From: Candidatus Limnocylindrales bacterium
GTDB lineage: Bacteria > Chloroflexota > Limnocylindria > Limnocylindrales > CSP1-4
Direction of reading: 5' to 3'
Length of the DNA stretch: 64,000 nucleotides
Assembly (NCBI GenBank): GCA_038239115.1
Contig: JBBSFD010000001.1
Location: 51,399 to 115,398 of the forward strand
Shown here: piece by piece, positions 1-10,036 of the stretch
How positions within the stretch are numbered: the stretch's first letter is position 1
Layout of the letters: each line of letters begins with the position of its first letter
Position numbers and translations under genes: made by a program
Notes under the pieces: model-generated
What the model saw: only the letters and a program-made list of their open reading frames with translations
Told to the model about the DNA's origin: nothing
Database searches by the model: none

Positions 1-82
1 AGCCCAATCCGATGTTGATCGCGATCGCAATCGGGATCAAGACGATCGTCCGGGTAGTGAACTGGCGCGAGATCCAGCCCAT
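1..82 (-). CDS. N-terminal fragment of a membrane protein; the gene runs off the window edge
   Basis: ATG at 80-82 (complement) with a GGAGGA Shine-Dalgarno about 9 nt upstream; translation MGWISRQFTTRTIVLIPIAIAINIGLG is hydrophobic. Confidence 0.35.
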   Translation of the reverse strand, partial: MGWISRQFTTRTIVLIPIAIAINIGLG

Positions 83-151
83 CGATCAGATCCTCCGAAC
101 CTGCTGCTCACCTGATCCGGGCGTTTGCCGGGCCTTGAGACTCCCTCGCCC

Positions 152-1234
152 TTAGGGTGCCACGTTCGAGTGCTCCGCCGCCACTCGTTCGGCCAGGCCG
201 CCCACCCGCTCGATGAGGCGACCCAGGAACTCGTCCACGTCGGCCCGCAGCACGACGTCGGTGTTGGGCGCCCTGTGCCACAGTCCGCGGAAGTCGGCGA
301 TCGTCTGACCCGCGGCCAGCTCGCCGCCGGTCTCGACATCCACGGCCAGCGCCTGCGTTTGCGCCAATGTCTCGTCCAGGGCCACGGCCGCCGCCAGTGG
401 ATCGTGGATGAACGCGCCGTAGAAGCCGTCGTACGTTGCGTGGAACTCCATGTAGAAGCGCAGGGCGTCGGCCACGAACCGGACCACCCGGTTGCTGGCC
501 ACCGAGCGCTCGGTCCGCATCGGATCCTCGCCCCGGCCCAGCGCGATCGCATCGTCGGGCCGGCTGCCTGCTCGACGGGCCAGGGCGACCACCGAGTCGG
601 GCCGGATGATCGCTTGCTCGGTCACGTCCAGGCCGAGCATGAGCAGGCGGGCCACCGACGGGTCCGCCTCGATGGCGGCCGACCAGGCCTGCAGGACGGC
701 TCGGGCGGCGTCCGGGTCGCAGTGGATGTTCCACTCCGCGACTGGGGTGGTGTTGCCCGGAACCCGGAACGCGCCGCCCATGATCACGACGCGGCGGAGC
801 AGCCGGGGCAGCTCCGGCTCCCGCTCGAGGGCCACGGCCAGGTTGGTCAGCGGCCCGATGCACAGGAGGGTGACCTCGCCCGGCCGGCGGCGAGCGTCCT
901 GGCCGATCAGGTCGGCGGCATGGCGCTCCGAGATCGGTCGCCGGCCGGCCGGCAGTTCGGCATGGCCGACCCCGCGCGGGCCGTGCGTCTCGGGCGTGAT
1001 CTCGAGCGGGCGCACGAGCGGGACCGTCCGGCCCAGGGCGATCTCGATGTCGCTCCGGCCGACCAGCTCGAGCAGCCCCCGATTGTTGTCGGCGACCTGA
1101 TGGGCCTCGACGTTGCCGGAGCAGCACGTGATCGCGAGGATCTCCGCCTCGTCCGACGCCAGGAGGTAGAGCAGGGCCAGGCTGTCGTCGATGCCGGTGT
1201 CGCAGTCGACGATGATCGGCTGCCGGCCGGTCAT
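152..1234 (-). CDS. nucleoside hydrolase, inosine-uridine-preferring (IunH family)
   Basis: N-terminal IIVDCDTGIDDSLALLYLL aspartate-cluster motif; start chosen at MTGRQP, in frame with ORF 152..1492; ATGA overlap with the upstream GNAT gene. Confidence 0.8.
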   Translation of the reverse strand: MTGRQPIIVDCDTGIDDSLALLYLLASDEAEILAITCCSGNVEAHQVADNNRGLLELVGRSDIEIALGRTVPLVRPLEITPETHGPRGVGHAELPAGRRPISERHAADLIGQDARRRPGEVTLLCIGPLTNLAVALEREPELPRLLRRVVIMGGAFRVPGNTTPVAEWNIHCDPDAARAVLQAWSAAIEADPSVARLLMLGLDVTEQAIIRPDSVVALARRAGSRPDDAIALGRGEDPMRTERSVASNRVVRFVADALRFYMEFHATYDGFYGAFIHDPLAAAVALDETLAQTQALAVDVETGGELAAGQTIADFRGLWHRAPNTDVVLRADVDEFLGRLIERVGGLAERVAAEHSNVAP

Positions 1235-1815
1235 GCCAGGTCCAGCCGGACGATGTCGCGGACGACGGTCGCCTGGCGTGACTCGACCTGGCGCATGACC
1301 CGGAAGCCGGCTCGCTCGAACGTCGACAGGGTGCCGGTGTAGAGCGTGGGCGGGGTGGGCTTGCCCTGCGATGTGTCGACCGGGTAGGCCTCGATCGCGG
1401 GTGCGCCGTGCTCCCGCGCGAAGCGCACCGCCGCGTCCAGGAGCTGACCAGCGACGCCCTGGTGCCGGGCACGGCGCGAGACCACGAAGCACAGGATCGC
1501 CCAGACGGGCACGTCGTCGAGGCGCGGTCGCACGCGCGATCGCTCGAGATGCTCGAACTCAGCGCGTGGGCCGACGCTCACCCAGCCCACGGCTCGTCCC
1601 TCCGGGTCGAGGGCGACCAGGCCGGGCGGGAGGGGCCCGCGCGCCTGGGCTTCGAGGCTCGCCCGGTCGACGGCCTTCTGCTCGGCGCGATCTGGATTGA
1701 ATCCGCTGCTCCGCCAGAACTGGCACCAGCACCAGGACGGATCGCCGCCCTCCTCGAAAAGGGAAGTGAGCGCCGTCCAGGTCTCGCCGGTCAGCGGCCG
1801 GATGTCCAGGTCCAT
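1231..1815 (-). CDS. GNAT family N-acetyltransferase
   Basis: ORF 1231..1902; start taken at MDLDIRPLTGETW; acetyl-CoA binding segment VSRRARHQGVAGQLLDAAVRFAREHG. Confidence 0.7.
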   Translation of the reverse strand: MDLDIRPLTGETWTALTSLFEEGGDPSWCWCQFWRSSGFNPDRAEQKAVDRASLEAQARGPLPPGLVALDPEGRAVGWVSVGPRAEFEHLERSRVRPRLDDVPVWAILCFVVSRRARHQGVAGQLLDAAVRFAREHGAPAIEAYPVDTSQGKPTPPTLYTGTLSTFERAGFRVMRQVESRQATVVRDIVRLDLA

Positions 1816-1909
1816 GCCCGAACGATAGCGGCGAGTGGGCCCGTACACTCCGGGCGTGAGCGCCCGCCCCGACGACCCAGCGCCGATCCTGCCGCCGGCC
1901 ACGATCGGG

Positions 1910-3037
1910 ATGATCGGCGGCGGCCAGCTTGGCCGGATGCTGGCGATGGCGGCCCGGGCGATGGGCTACCGGATCGCGATCATGGATCCGGATCCGGATT
2001 GTCCCTCGGCCGCGGTTGCCGACGAGGTCATCGTCGGCGCCTACGACGACGTTGCGGCGGCCGTCCGGCTGGCCGCGATCAGCGCGGTCGTGACCTACGA
2101 GCTGGAGCATGTTGCCGCGGCCGTGGGCCGGGCGGTGGCCGGCATCCGGCCACTGCGGCCGAGCCTGCGGGCGCTCGAGGTGACCCAGGATCGGCTGGCC
2201 GAGCGCCGCTTCCTCGAGGCAGCGGGTGCGGCCGTCGCCCCCTTTCGCGAGGTGCGGACACGGTCGGCGCTTGGCTCGGCGGCCACGGCGCTTGGCTTCC
2301 CGCTCCGCCTGAAGGCCGCGATCGGCGGCTACGACGGCCGGAGCCAGGTCCGGCTGGCCGGTCCGGACGACCTCGCGCCGGCGTGGTCCGCCCTCGAGCG
2401 CTCGGCGGCAGTCGCCGGCCTCCTGCTCGAGCGGGAGATCGACTTCGCCTGCGAGCTGTCGGTCGTCGTGGCCCGCGGCGTCGATGGGCGGGCCGTGCCC
2501 TTTCCGGCGGGCCGCAATCGCCACGACGCCGGGATCCTGTTCGAGACCCTCGTTCCGGCGCCGGCTCCGGTGACCGCCGACATCGCCCAGCGCGCCCAGG
2601 CCCTGGCGGTCGGGCTGGCCGATGCCCTCGAAGTGGTTGGCACCCTGACCGTCGAGCTGTTCCTGGTCGATGCCGGCTCGCTGATCGTCAACGAGCTCGC
2701 CCCTCGCGTCCACAACAGCGGTCACTGGACGATCGAAGGCGCCGCCACGAGCCAGTTCGAGCAGCACATCCGGGCGATCTGCGGCCTGCCCCTGGGCGAT
2801 CCTGCCGCCCATGGCGCGGCCGCGATGATCAACCTGCTGGGCAGCGGCGAGCGCCGCCCGGCCCAGCTCGCCGGCGTCGCGGATGCGCTTGACGATCCAG
2901 GCGCCCACCTCCATCTCTACGACAAGCTCCAGGTCTTCGAGCGCCGCAAGATGGGCCACCTGACCGTCCTGGCCGACACGCCTGAGGAGGCCCTCGAGCG
3001 AGCCGAGCGAGCTCGCGACCTGCTGAGCTGGGCATAG
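1910..3037 (+). CDS. purK: N5-carboxyaminoimidazole ribonucleotide synthase (PurK)
   Basis: ATP-grasp protein; MIGGGQLGRMLAMAA N-terminus, ELAPRVHNSGHWTIEGA motif; the start could instead be upstream at 1835. Confidence 0.85.
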   Translation: MIGGGQLGRMLAMAARAMGYRIAIMDPDPDCPSAAVADEVIVGAYDDVAAAVRLAAISAVVTYELEHVAAAVGRAVAGIRPLRPSLRALEVTQDRLAERRFLEAAGAAVAPFREVRTRSALGSAATALGFPLRLKAAIGGYDGRSQVRLAGPDDLAPAWSALERSAAVAGLLLEREIDFACELSVVVARGVDGRAVPFPAGRNRHDAGILFETLVPAPAPVTADIAQRAQALAVGLADALEVVGTLTVELFLVDAGSLIVNELAPRVHNSGHWTIEGAATSQFEQHIRAICGLPLGDPAAHGAAAMINLLGSGERRPAQLAGVADALDDPGAHLHLYDKLQVFERRKMGHLTVLADTPEEALERAERARDLLSWA

Positions 3038-3134
3038 TCCCCCGAACCACCGGCTAGGGCCCGGCTACCCGGTCGCTGGCTTCATCGGTCAGAATGGGCG
3101 GCACTCCCCACCAGCTTCCCAGGAGACCCTGCCG

Positions 3135-4613
3135 ATGCCTTCCGCCCCACACCGCGTGACCGTCATCCCGGGTGATGGCGTGGGGCCCGAGGTCGTGCGC
3201 TCAGCGGTCCGGGTGATCGAGGCCGCCGGCGTTCAGATTGACTGGGAAGAGGCGGCGGCCGGTGCCAGCGTGTTCGAGACGGGTGATACCTCGGGCGTTC
3301 CGGCCGAGACCCGCCACTCGATCGAACGGACCAAAGTCGTGCTCAAGGGACCGCTCGAGACGCCGGTCGGCTTCGGCGAGAAGAGCGCCAACGTGACCCT
3401 GCGCAAGCTGTTCGAGACGTACGCAAACGTCCGGCCGGCGCGCGAGCTGCCCGGGGTGCCCACCCGCTACGCCGGCGAAGGCGTGGACATGATCATCGTC
3501 CGCGAGAACGTCGAGGACCTCTACGCCGGGATCGAGCACATGGTCACGCCCGACGTGGGCCAGTGCCTCAAGGTGATCAGCCGGAAGGGCTCCGAGAAGG
3601 TCATCCGCTACGCCTTCGAGCTGGCCCGCCGCGAGGGCCGCCGGAAGGTCACCGCTGCGACCAAGGCCAATATCATGAAGATGACCGAGGGCCTGTTCAA
3701 GGCGGTCTTCGAGGAGCTGGCGCCCGAGTACCCGGAGATCGAGGCGCAGCACCTGATCATCGACAACGTCGCCCACCAGCTGGCCAAGGAGCCGGCCCAG
3801 TTCGACGTCGTGGTCACGACCAACCTGAACGGCGACATCATCAGCGACCTGGCCTCGGGCCTGGTTGGTGGGCTGGGCTTCGCCTCGTCAGGCAACTACG
3901 GCGACACGGTCGCGATCTTCGAGGCGGTCCACGGCTCGGCTCCGAAGTACGCCGGCAAGGACGTGATCAATCCCACCGCCTTGATCCTGAGCTCGGTCAT
4001 GATGCTCCGCCACCTGGGCGAGGCGGCCGCCGCCGACCGGGTCGAGGCCGCCGTCCTGGTCACCCTCGAGGAGGGCACGGCCACCACCCAGGACCTCGTC
4101 CGCCAGACCGGCGGCGATGTCGACACCGCGTCCTCGACGACCGGCTTCACCGACGCGGTCATCGGCAACCTGGGCCGCGGCCCGGCCACCCTCGCGGCTC
4201 GCCGGCCGGCGCCAGCCGCCTCGGTCCCGGCCAATCCGCCGACCTGGTCCTACGGCCCGGAGCGCTACGCCGCGATCGACCGCCGGACCGTTGGCCTGGA
4301 CGTCTTCATCGAGACCGACACGGACGCCGCCGAGCTCGGGCCGGAGCTCGAGGGGGTGGCCGCCGGCGGGCCGTTCGAGCTCCATTTCATCGAGAGCCGA
4401 GGGACGAAGGTCTACCCGTCGGTGGGCCTGTCATCTGACGGCGTCCGCCTGCTCCGAGCCCGCTTCCTGACCCGCGACGGCTCATCGGCGGCCGATCCGG
4501 CCCTCCTGGCCCTGCAGGCCGAGGTCGCCGCCCGGCAACCGGGCTGGACCCACATCGAGAAGCTCCACGTCTTCGACGGGGCCGACGGCTTCACCAAGGC
4601 CCAGGGCGAATAG
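3135..4613 (+). CDS. isocitrate/homoisocitrate dehydrogenase-like protein with a roughly 150-aa C-terminal extension of unknown function
   Basis: [31 protein letters not shown] and [19 protein letters not shown] motifs of the IDH/IMDH family; 492 aa against about 335 for the family; CAGGAGAC RBS before the ATG. Confidence 0.75.
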   Translation: MPSAPHRVTVIPGDGVGPEVVRSAVRVIEAAGVQIDWEEAAAGASVFETGDTSGVPAETRHSIERTKVVLKGPLETPVGFGEKSANVTLRKLFETYANVRPARELPGVPTRYAGEGVDMIIVRENVEDLYAGIEHMVTPDVGQCLKVISRKGSEKVIRYAFELARREGRRKVTAATKANIMKMTEGLFKAVFEELAPEYPEIEAQHLIIDNVAHQLAKEPAQFDVVVTTNLNGDIISDLASGLVGGLGFASSGNYGDTVAIFEAVHGSAPKYAGKDVINPTALILSSVMMLRHLGEAAAADRVEAAVLVTLEEGTATTQDLVRQTGGDVDTASSTTGFTDAVIGNLGRGPATLAARRPAPAASVPANPPTWSYGPERYAAIDRRTVGLDVFIETDTDAAELGPELEGVAAGGPFELHFIESRGTKVYPSVGLSSDGVRLLRARFLTRDGSSAADPALLALQAEVAARQPGWTHIEKLHVFDGADGFTKAQGE

Positions 4614-4617
4614 CCCG

Positions 4618-5121
4618 ATGGCCGAGAGCGGGCAGCCGGCCCTCCGGGTCGGGATCGTGGGCGGCAGCCGCTCCGACTTTCCGACCCTCGAGAAAGCGGC
4701 GGCGCTGCTGGCCGAGCTGGGCATCGGCCACGAGCTGCGGGTCGTCTCGGCCCACCGGACGCCCGATCTCCTGTATCGCTACGCCGAGGAGGCACCAGGC
4801 CGGGGGATCGCAGTGATCATCGCTGGGGCGGGTGGCGCCGCCCACCTGCCGGGCATGCTCGCCGCCAAGACGATCCTGCCGGTGATCGGCGTGCCGATTC
4901 CGACCCAGCACCTGGGCGGCCTCGACTCGCTCCTCTCGATCGTCCAAATGCCGCGCGGAATCCCGGTCGCGACCGTGGCCATCGGTAACGCCGAGAACGC
5001 GGCCATCCTGGCGGCCGAGATCCTGGCCTTGGCCGATCCGGCCGTGCGGGATCGGGTCGCCGCGCACCGGGCCGCCCAGACCCAGACCGTCCTCGACGAC
5101 GAGTCGAACCAGCCGCGCTAG
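4618..5121 (+). CDS. purE: N5-CAIR mutase (PurE)
   Basis: [14 protein letters not shown]...VISAHRTPD...[16 protein letters not shown] signature. Confidence 0.9.
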   Translation: MAESGQPALRVGIVGGSRSDFPTLEKAAALLAELGIGHELRVVSAHRTPDLLYRYAEEAPGRGIAVIIAGAGGAAHLPGMLAAKTILPVIGVPIPTQHLGGLDSLLSIVQMPRGIPVATVAIGNAENAAILAAEILALADPAVRDRVAAHRAAQTQTVLDDESNQPR

Positions 5122-5132
5122 GGGTCCCGCGC

Positions 5133-5618
5133 ATGGATGACGAGCGCTGGGAACCGGGCATGCCGGTCCTTGACCGCCAGGCGGTCCCGAAACCGGCCGG
5201 GGCACCGGTGCCGGACGGCGGACCGGTGCCGGCGAAGCGCTCCCGTCCCGTTCCCGGCCCTCTCCCTCCGAGCCTGGCCGGGCTGCCGCCGCGGAGCGTC
5301 CCGGAGACCCAGCCCACCCGGCTCCAGCAGGAGTACGTCCTGCTGTCCGTGCCCGGCCTGATCGCCGGATTCGTGGCCATCACCGCCCTCGAGCTGGGGG
5401 CTCCCCTGGATAGCCCGTTGATCAAGCTGTGCGTGCTCATCGGGGCGCCCCTGCTGGCGATCGCCAACGCCGACGCGATCCTGCGGATCTGGCGAGCCGC
5501 CTGGGCCTGGATGCCGGTCGATCGGACCGGGGGCCTGTTCCGGCTCGCCTGGGTCGCCGTCGCGACGATCCTGTGGCTGCTGCTCATCGCGGTCGCCGTG
5601 TTCGTGCTCCTGGCATGA
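5133..5618 (+). CDS. hypothetical membrane protein with a proline-rich N-terminus and three predicted TM helices
   Basis: ORF with high third-position GC; hydrophobic C-terminal half; no recognisable family. Confidence 0.4.
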   Translation: MDDERWEPGMPVLDRQAVPKPAGAPVPDGGPVPAKRSRPVPGPLPPSLAGLPPRSVPETQPTRLQQEYVLLSVPGLIAGFVAITALELGAPLDSPLIKLCVLIGAPLLAIANADAILRIWRAAWAWMPVDRTGGLFRLAWVAVATILWLLLIAVAVFVLLA

Positions 5619-6268
5619 CCGACCACGACGCCCGGGCTGAGCTGGGCCATCTGCGCGGTCCCGACGGCCGCTCCACCGACATCCCCTCGGGCGGCGGCGT
5701 GCCGCCCTGGCTGGCCGCCTCGCTCAACAACTGCAGCCGCTGCGGGACGGCCCTCGCCTTCGGGGCGGTCGACGGCGAGCATCGTGATCGCCTGCTCTGT
5801 CCGGCCTGCGGCTGGATCGCCTACGTCAATCCGCGCCTGGTCGTGACCGCCCTGCCCCTGACCGAGACCGGCCAGGTGGTGCTCATCCGGCGCGGCATCG
5901 AGCCGGCCGTCGGGGCCTGGGCGCAGCCCGGCGGATTCCTCGAGATCGACGAGACGGTCAATGAAGGGGTGGTCCGCGAGACCTTCGAGGAGACCGGCCT
6001 GCTGATCGAGCCGGGTGAGGTGATCGGGCTCTATTCGCGCCTCGAGGCCGCGGTGGTCGTGCTCGTCTTCGAGGCCCGGATCGTCGGCGGTTCGTTCCGG
6101 CTGAGTCCCGAGGCCACCGAAATCGTGGCCTTCGAGCCGGACGCCATCCCCTGGCCCGAGATCGCGTTCAAGACCACCTACTGGGCCCTGAGCGACTGGC
6201 TCAGGCTGCGCCATCCCGACCTGCGACCAGGCGACGTGATCGGCGAACGCCGCCACTGGGAAGGCTGA
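5615..6268 (+). CDS. NUDIX hydrolase with an N-terminal zinc ribbon (NudC-like architecture)
   Basis: CSRCG...CPACG zinc-ribbon cysteine pairs followed by the Nudix box GGFLEIDETVNEGVVRETFEETGL; ATGA overlap with the upstream gene. Confidence 0.75.
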   Translation: MTDHDARAELGHLRGPDGRSTDIPSGGGVPPWLAASLNNCSRCGTALAFGAVDGEHRDRLLCPACGWIAYVNPRLVVTALPLTETGQVVLIRRGIEPAVGAWAQPGGFLEIDETVNEGVVRETFEETGLLIEPGEVIGLYSRLEAAVVVLVFEARIVGGSFRLSPEATEIVAFEPDAIPWPEIAFKTTYWALSDWLRLRHPDLRPGDVIGERRHWEG

Positions 6269-6279
6269 AGGCTGCGTCC

Positions 6280-7074
6280 GTGACGCCCTCGGTCGAGCTC
6301 GAGCTGCTCGACGAAGCCAACTTGGTCGTCTACCGGGATTCGACGATCCGATCCGGCGGCCGCGTCGTCGACCAGGACGGCCTCACCTTGATCATCGGGA
6401 CGCATCCATCGCCGGTCATCGTCAACACGATCCTGCGGACTGGACCGGTCAGCAATCCGGAGGAGGCGCTCGCCTCGGCTCGGGCGGTCTACTCCGCGAT
6501 CGGTCATGGGGTCAGCCTGATTGCCAGGGCGCACGCCGACATGGAGCTGGCCACGGCGGCCGCCAGGGCGGGCTGGAAACCCGTCTTCGAGCTGGTCGGG
6601 ATGATCCTCGACGCCCCTTGCCCGGTGAATGCCCTGCCGGCGGGCGTTTCGGTCTACGCCGCCGATGCCGTCGCCGACCTCGCAGCGATCCGGCGGGTCG
6701 AGGTCGAGGGCTTTGGCGAGTCCGAGGACGAGCGGGCGATGATCCGGACCGTCTTCGGGGATCCGCGCATGCTCGATTCGGCGGGCACGGCGACATACCT
6801 GGCCCGGGTGGATGACCCGGGAGGGGCGCAGGACGTGGCGGCGGCGATCGTCGACCGAGCACCGGCCGCCCTGATCACCTGGGTGGCGACGCTGCCGGAG
6901 TTCCGCCGACGCGGCCTGGGCGGCCTGGTCACGGCCGCCGCCGCGAACCGCGGCTTCGAGATGGGCTGTCCGGCTGTGGTCCTGCAGGCCTCACCCATGG
7001 GCCTGCCGGTCTATCGCCGGCTAGGCTTCCGGCCACTCGGCGGCTACACGATCTGGGATCCGCCCGAGGCCTGA
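6280..7074 (+). CDS. GNAT-fold acetyltransferase domain protein
   Basis: GTG start; C-terminal WVATLPEFRRRGLGGLVTAAAANRGFEMGCPAVVLQAS acetyltransferase fold. Confidence 0.6.
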   Translation: MTPSVELELLDEANLVVYRDSTIRSGGRVVDQDGLTLIIGTHPSPVIVNTILRTGPVSNPEEALASARAVYSAIGHGVSLIARAHADMELATAAARAGWKPVFELVGMILDAPCPVNALPAGVSVYAADAVADLAAIRRVEVEGFGESEDERAMIRTVFGDPRMLDSAGTATYLARVDDPGGAQDVAAAIVDRAPAALITWVATLPEFRRRGLGGLVTAAAANRGFEMGCPAVVLQASPMGLPVYRRLGFRPLGGYTIWDPPEA

Positions 7075-7120
7075 GCCAGGCCAGCCTGGCCCGGCCCGGC
7101 GCGGCCCCCAGAACCGAGCG

Positions 7121-8599
7121 TCAGGTCAGGTCGATGAAGATGTTCTTGGTCTCGGTGTACATGTCGATCGCGCTCATCCCGAGCTCGCGGCCGATGCCCG
7201 ACATCTTGTAGCCACCGAACGGCGCCTCGGTGTGGACCGAGCTGTTTGAGTTGACGCTGAGCACGCCGGCCTGTAGGGCCCGGGCCGTTCGCAGCGCCCG
7301 CCCGATGTCGCGGCTCCAGACCGAGCCGGACAACCCGTACGGAGTGGCATTGGCCAGCCGGATCGCCTCTTCCTCGGTGTCGAACGGAATGATCGAGACC
7401 ACCGGCCCGAAGATCTCCTCGCTGGCGATCCGCATGTCGTTGGTCACGCCGTCGAAGACCGTCGGCATCAGGAACGCGCCGCCGGCCAGGGCCGGGTCCT
7501 CCGGCGACCCGCCGCCGCAGACCAGGCGCGCTCCTTCGTCCTGTCCGATCGTGACGTACTCGGCGACCCGGTCCCGCTGGCGGAAGCTGACCAGCGAGCC
7601 CATCTCGGTCTCGTCGCTCTCGGGATCGCCCACCTTGACGTTCTTGGTCGCCTTGACGAACGCCTCGACGACCTGGTCGTGGGCCGAGCGCTCGACGAAG
7701 ATCCGGCTGCGGGCGCAGCAGTCCTGGCCGCTGTTGTCGAACACGGCGTAGGGCGACTCCCGGGCGAACCGATCGAGGTCGGCGTCGGCGTACACGATGT
7801 TGGGGCTCTTGCCGCCCAGTTCGAGGCTGATCTTCTTCACGTTGCCGGCGGCCAGCCGCATGATCTCCTGGCCGGTCGTCGTCTCGCCGGTGAAGGCCAC
7901 CTTGCCGATCCCGGGATGGGCCGCGATGCTCGCGCCGGCCGTGCCGCCCGGCCCCGTCACCACGTTCAGGACGCCGGCCGGGAAGCCTGCCTCGAGGGCC
8001 AGCTCGGCCAGGCGCAGGGCTGTCAGCGGGGTGTAGCTGGCGGGCTTGAGGATGCACGTGTTGCCGGCCGCCAGGGCCGGCCCGAGCTTCCAGCTGGCCA
8101 TCAGGAGCGGGAAGTTCCAGGGCACGATCAGGCCGACCACCCCGATCGGCTCGCGCACGGTGATGTCCAGGCCGGGCTTGCTGACCGGGATCGTCTGGCC
8201 GTAGACCTTGTTGGCCGCCCCGGCGTAGTACTCGAAGACGAGGCTCGTCCCTAGGATCTCGCCCCGGGCGCCGCTGATCGGCTTGCCCCCGTTGCGCGAC
8301 TCGAGCCGGGCCAGCTCCTCGAGGTTGGCCTTGACCAGGTTCGAAAGCTTGGCCAGGGTCCGGCCGCGCTTGCTGGCCGACCAGCTCGACCAGCCCTTGG
8401 GATCGTCGAACGCCTTGCGCGCCGCCGCGACTGCTCGATCGACGTCCTCGCGCCCGCCCAATGGTGCGTTGGCGATGACCAGGCCGGTCGCCGGGTTGAT
8501 CACCTCGAACGTCTGGCCATCGGCGGCGTCGACGGGCTTGCCGCCGATCAGCATCTGGGTCGGGGTGGGCGTCGCGATCGTCGCGGGCTGGTCGGTCAT
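7121..8599 (-). CDS. NAD(P)-dependent aldehyde dehydrogenase
   Basis: FTGETTTGQEI, ELGGKSPNIV and catalytic-Cys DNSGQDCCARSRIFV regions; GAGGA RBS. Confidence 0.9.
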   Translation of the reverse strand: MTDQPATIATPTPTQMLIGGKPVDAADGQTFEVINPATGLVIANAPLGGREDVDRAVAAARKAFDDPKGWSSWSASKRGRTLAKLSNLVKANLEELARLESRNGGKPISGARGEILGTSLVFEYYAGAANKVYGQTIPVSKPGLDITVREPIGVVGLIVPWNFPLLMASWKLGPALAAGNTCILKPASYTPLTALRLAELALEAGFPAGVLNVVTGPGGTAGASIAAHPGIGKVAFTGETTTGQEIMRLAAGNVKKISLELGGKSPNIVYADADLDRFARESPYAVFDNSGQDCCARSRIFVERSAHDQVVEAFVKATKNVKVGDPESDETEMGSLVSFRQRDRVAEYVTIGQDEGARLVCGGGSPEDPALAGGAFLMPTVFDGVTNDMRIASEEIFGPVVSIIPFDTEEEAIRLANATPYGLSGSVWSRDIGRALRTARALQAGVLSVNSNSSVHTEAPFGGYKMSGIGRELGMSAIDMYTETKNIFIDLT

Positions 8600-8681
8600 G
8601 TCGGGAGATCCTCGGCTCGAGTGGGAGCCCGCGCGGTGGGGCCTGTCAGGACGTCGATCATACGTCCGACCGGCGGGCGGC

Positions 8682-9140
8682 TCAGGAAGCCGGGGCGGTC
8701 CTGGCCTCGCGCTCGACCGCCCGAATCAGGCGATCGACCTGGGCCTGGAGGCCCTTGCTGACCTGTCCCCGGAACGAGCTGAGTGAGCCATCGAGGGTCA
8801 ACGTCGCCTGGTAGGAAACGAGTGAGCCGGCCGGGCTCGGCTGGAGCTCGAGCGGTACGGACAGGCGCAGGGCGCCACCCAGGCCGCGCGGCTTGCCATC
8901 GAGCTCGAGCCGCAGGTGGTGGGTCGGCTCGACGTCGTGCCAGGTGATGTGGAGGTCCATCCGGACGGTCATGAACAGCTGGTGGATCGCGACCACGACG
9001 TTCAGGCCGCCACTGCCGTCGGGTGCCACCGACTCACAGTCGGGCAGGATTCGGCCCACGGCCAGCGGGTCCGAGATCACCGCCCAGGTCGCCTCGGGCG
9101 ATGTCGACAGCTGGGCGCTGCCCGAGAACTCGTCGCTCAA
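8682..9140 (-). CDS. SRPBCC/CoxG-like small protein
   Basis: C-terminal part of ORF 8682..9731; probable TTG start at 9138-9140 overlapping the ppgK stop by 4 bp; CoxG-like ATWAVISDPLAVGRILPDCESV segment. Confidence 0.5.
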   Translation of the reverse strand: MSDEFSGSAQLSTSPEATWAVISDPLAVGRILPDCESVAPDGSGGLNVVVAIHQLFMTVRMDLHITWHDVEPTHHLRLELDGKPRGLGGALRLSVPLELQPSPAGSLVSYQATLTLDGSLSSFRGQVSKGLQAQVDRLIRAVEREARTAPAS

Positions 9141-10036
9141 GCGCCGGCCGCGCTGGGCAAGGCCGTGGCGGGCCCGGCTGCTGAGGCATGGTCCTCGGCT
9201 GCCCGTTCGGCGACGTCGGCCTCCTCGCGGACCATCTCGGTCTCGCGTTCGAGGCCGACCATGGCCGCCCCCACGATGCCCGCCTCGTTGTGCAGCTCGG
9301 CCGCCACGATCGGACCCTGGGCCTTGAGCAACGGCAGGAATCGGTCGGCCTTCTTGCTGATCCCGCCGCCCAGGATGAGCAGGCTCGGGCTGAACAGGAC
9401 GTCGATCGCCTTGAGGTGATCGTCGAGGTCCTCGGCCCAGGCCTTCCAGCTCAGGCCGCGCCGGATCCGGGCATTGGCCGCCGAGCGCTTCTCGGCATCC
9501 CGGCCGTTGACCTCCATGTGGCCCAGCTCGGTGTTCGGCACGAGCTTGCCGTCGACGAAGATGCCCGAACCGACACCGGTGCCGAGGGTGAGCACGATGA
9601 CCACGCCGCGCTTGCCATGACCGGCCCCGAAGCGCATCTCGGCCACGCCCGCGGCGTCCGCGTCGTTGACCAGCCAACTGCGCCGCTTGAACGCCTTGCT
9701 GAAGGCCGCCTGGGCCTCGAATCCGACCCATTCCGGGTCGACGTTGGCCGCCGTCTTGGTGACCCCATTCAGGATGACCGAGGGGAAGCCGACCCCGATC
9801 GCCTGGATCACCGGCGCCGGCCGGCCGGCCGCGGTGGCGGCCGCATTAGCGGCACGGATCAGCCGGGCTACGACCCGGCCGGCCGAGGCGACCACCGGAC
9901 CGGGCTTGGCCGGGATCGGGGTGAGCACCCGGATCCGCTCGCCGGCCAGCTCGCCGGTCCTGACATCGACGAGGGCGGCCTTGATCCCCGTGCCGCCGAC
10001 GTCGACGCCGATCGCGAGCTCGTGGTGGTCGGCCAT
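9137..10036 (-). CDS. ppgK: polyphosphate glucokinase (ROK family)
   Basis: IGVDVGGTGIKAALVD, NDADAAG, NTELGHMEV, GGGISKKADRF and AGIVGAAM motifs closely matching actinobacterial PPGK. Confidence 0.8.
   Translation of the reverse strand: MADHHELAIGVDVGGTGIKAALVDVRTGELAGERIRVLTPIPAKPGPVVASAGRVVARLIRAANAAATAAGRPAPVIQAIGVGFPSVILNGVTKTAANVDPEWVGFEAQAAFSKAFKRRSWLVNDADAAGVAEMRFGAGHGKRGVVIVLTLGTGVGSGIFVDGKLVPNTELGHMEVNGRDAEKRSAANARIRRGLSWKAWAEDLDDHLKAIDVLFSPSLLILGGGISKKADRFLPLLKAQGPIVAAELHNEAGIVGAAMVGLERETEMVREEADVAERAAEDHASAAGPATALPSAAGA

Noticed and set aside
108-1472. Long antisense and out-of-frame ORFs overlapping the nucleoside hydrolase gene (108..1472 minus, 125..1342 plus, 492..1100 plus)
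   Set aside because: At about 70% GC, stop codons are rare in all frames. These translations are Arg/Pro/Gly-rich and have no family resemblance. The chosen frame has the IunH aspartate-cluster motif.
1408-2959. ORFs 1408..2892 (plus) and 1559..2959 (minus) overlapping purK
   Set aside because: They are low-complexity Arg/Pro/Gly translations. The purK frame carries ATP-grasp motifs.
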